The translations under genes were made by a program, and so were the position numbers. 48,522 nt of DNA, taken from Craspedostauros australis (Eukaryota). The DNA lies in assembly GCA_030167865.1 (NCBI GenBank), contig JALAGF010005701.1, forward strand, positions 1 to 48,522, read 5' to 3'. Under the pieces are notes generated by a model that saw only the letters and a program-made list of their open reading frames with translations, was not told where the DNA came from and made no database searches. Position 1 is the first letter of the stretch; each line of letters starts with the position of its first letter. Positions 47,328 to 48,522 of this stretch are shown in pieces.

Positions 47328-47817
47328 ACCTCAAATTACAACACCTTTGCCAGACCATTGCATCATCAACGGAATGTGGCATCTGAGTGAACATGGGAGG
47401 CAGCAACAGCTGACATTGACAGGATGTCATTGTGTCACCATGTCAACATCTGTCTCCATGTCAGAACAAGAAGCTGAAGATCCTATGACCATAGTGTTTT
47501 GAGATTGTGGATATGCAAACAGAAGTTTGGAGGAGACATTGGAGACTGCATGCAGAGGAGTGGGACAGTGGAAGACAAGACAATAAAAATGTATTGCATA
47601 TGGAGTATTGCATAACATTTACATGGGCAAGAGAGAGAGAGAGAGAGAAACAGTGAGAGAGCATCTTGCATCCCAACTCATAGTCAGGAGACACCGGGCC
47701 AACAGGAGACCCCAAAAACCATCGGAACAACAACAAAATGAAATAGCAAGCAGAATCGAAACCACTTCCACCATTATCTACAGTGCAAGGAATATCCATG
47801 AGCAGAGCTTGCCAACA
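47328..47817. mobile_element. LTR- or TIR-like repeat copy B (inverted relative to A, CpG-eroded)
   Basis: Ends CTTGCCAACA. Shares collinear blocks with the reverse complement of copy A, e.g. (GA)n...GAGAGCATCTYGCAT.CC.ACTCATAGTC and CCATGAGC.G..CTTGCCAACA. Confidence 0.65.
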
Positions 47818-48522
47818 TCACCATCAACTGCAGCTCCAAGGCAGGCCCTTCACTGTAGAGACTGGCCAAAGCACATGGAAGGTCTTGACCACTGGAAAAT
47901 AGTGCTTGTGCTGTGGCATGCTCCACAGTTTTGTTGTCAATTGCACAGCTGTTGTTTGTGTCAAACTGGACAGTCATGGTGCAAGATGAGCTCCGGCACC
48001 AGGCTGGAGCCCCTCTTGTTGAAGGTGCGAGTGGCAATCACCGACGACACCAGCTGGTTGTAGCCCAGGTTGTCTTCACCTTGCACATTGAAGAATGGCC
48101 TTGCTGCTACCTTTGTGTTGTTGTTGGTGTTGATCATGGGGAATGACATGAAGCTGTAGATGGAGCACGTGTAGTGATTTGCAGATGATATTCTTGTGGG
48201 TGCTTGCTTTGTGGTTATTAGCGCACGCTAAATCTCTAACAATAGCGACACCCGTCGACCAATCAGAAATATCCACTTTTCTTACCTTTTCCGTTCCGAA
48301 CGGAAATTTTGGTCGAAAATCCGTTGTGTCAAATTTGTGTCGCATTTCGCGTCGCAAGAATCGTTTTCCCTTCAAACACAGTTCCAAAATGTCGCGGAAA
48401 TTGATTTCTTGCCAAGATGGACCAATCTGCCCAATCAGGACAGACTTGGATCTTGGGTGTGACACGTGCGAATCTTGCCATGACCTTCTCAAGTGAATAC
48501 GATCAATCGTGTGATCGTACTA

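Noticed and set aside
48240..48522. CCAATC-containing AT-rich segment considered as a transposon terminus
   Set aside because: No partner end or TSD within the window, so it cannot be supported.

Overview
Eukaryotic nuclear DNA, most likely from a diatom (GT-AG introns, a DUF6824-type gene, a diatom-style RNI-like LRR gene, a stand-alone COG3899-like ATPase). Two 50-N scaffold gaps lie at 1648-1697 and 46662-46711. The window opens inside a minus-strand Copia-like LTR retrotransposon that the ORF track missed: a 510-codon Gag with a CCHC knuckle, a half-tRNA-type PBS and a short LTR just upstream of transportin. Genes follow in this order: transportin-1, a signal-peptide SNase-family nuclease, an ankyrin protein, a class-3 lipase with one in-frame stop, DNAJC21, an organellar-type ArgRS, an FHA/RING-CH protein, an RNI-like LRR protein, a decayed P-loop pseudogene, CSN6, a non-canonical DHFC palmitoyltransferase, a DUF6824 His-rich protein, a MYND protein and a STAND-type ATPase. 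The window ends in TE-like relics, including two related ~0.5 kb repeats in inverted orientation, one with clear CpG-specific decay. I cannot demonstrate a new multi-gene system from sequence alone. The best leads are the inverted repeat pair with CpG erosion, the ~1.5 kb ATG-free leader, the DHFC enzyme, the effector-less STAND ATPase and the half-tRNA-primed Copia. Exon models were built by hand, and family calls rest on motif recognition, not database searches.
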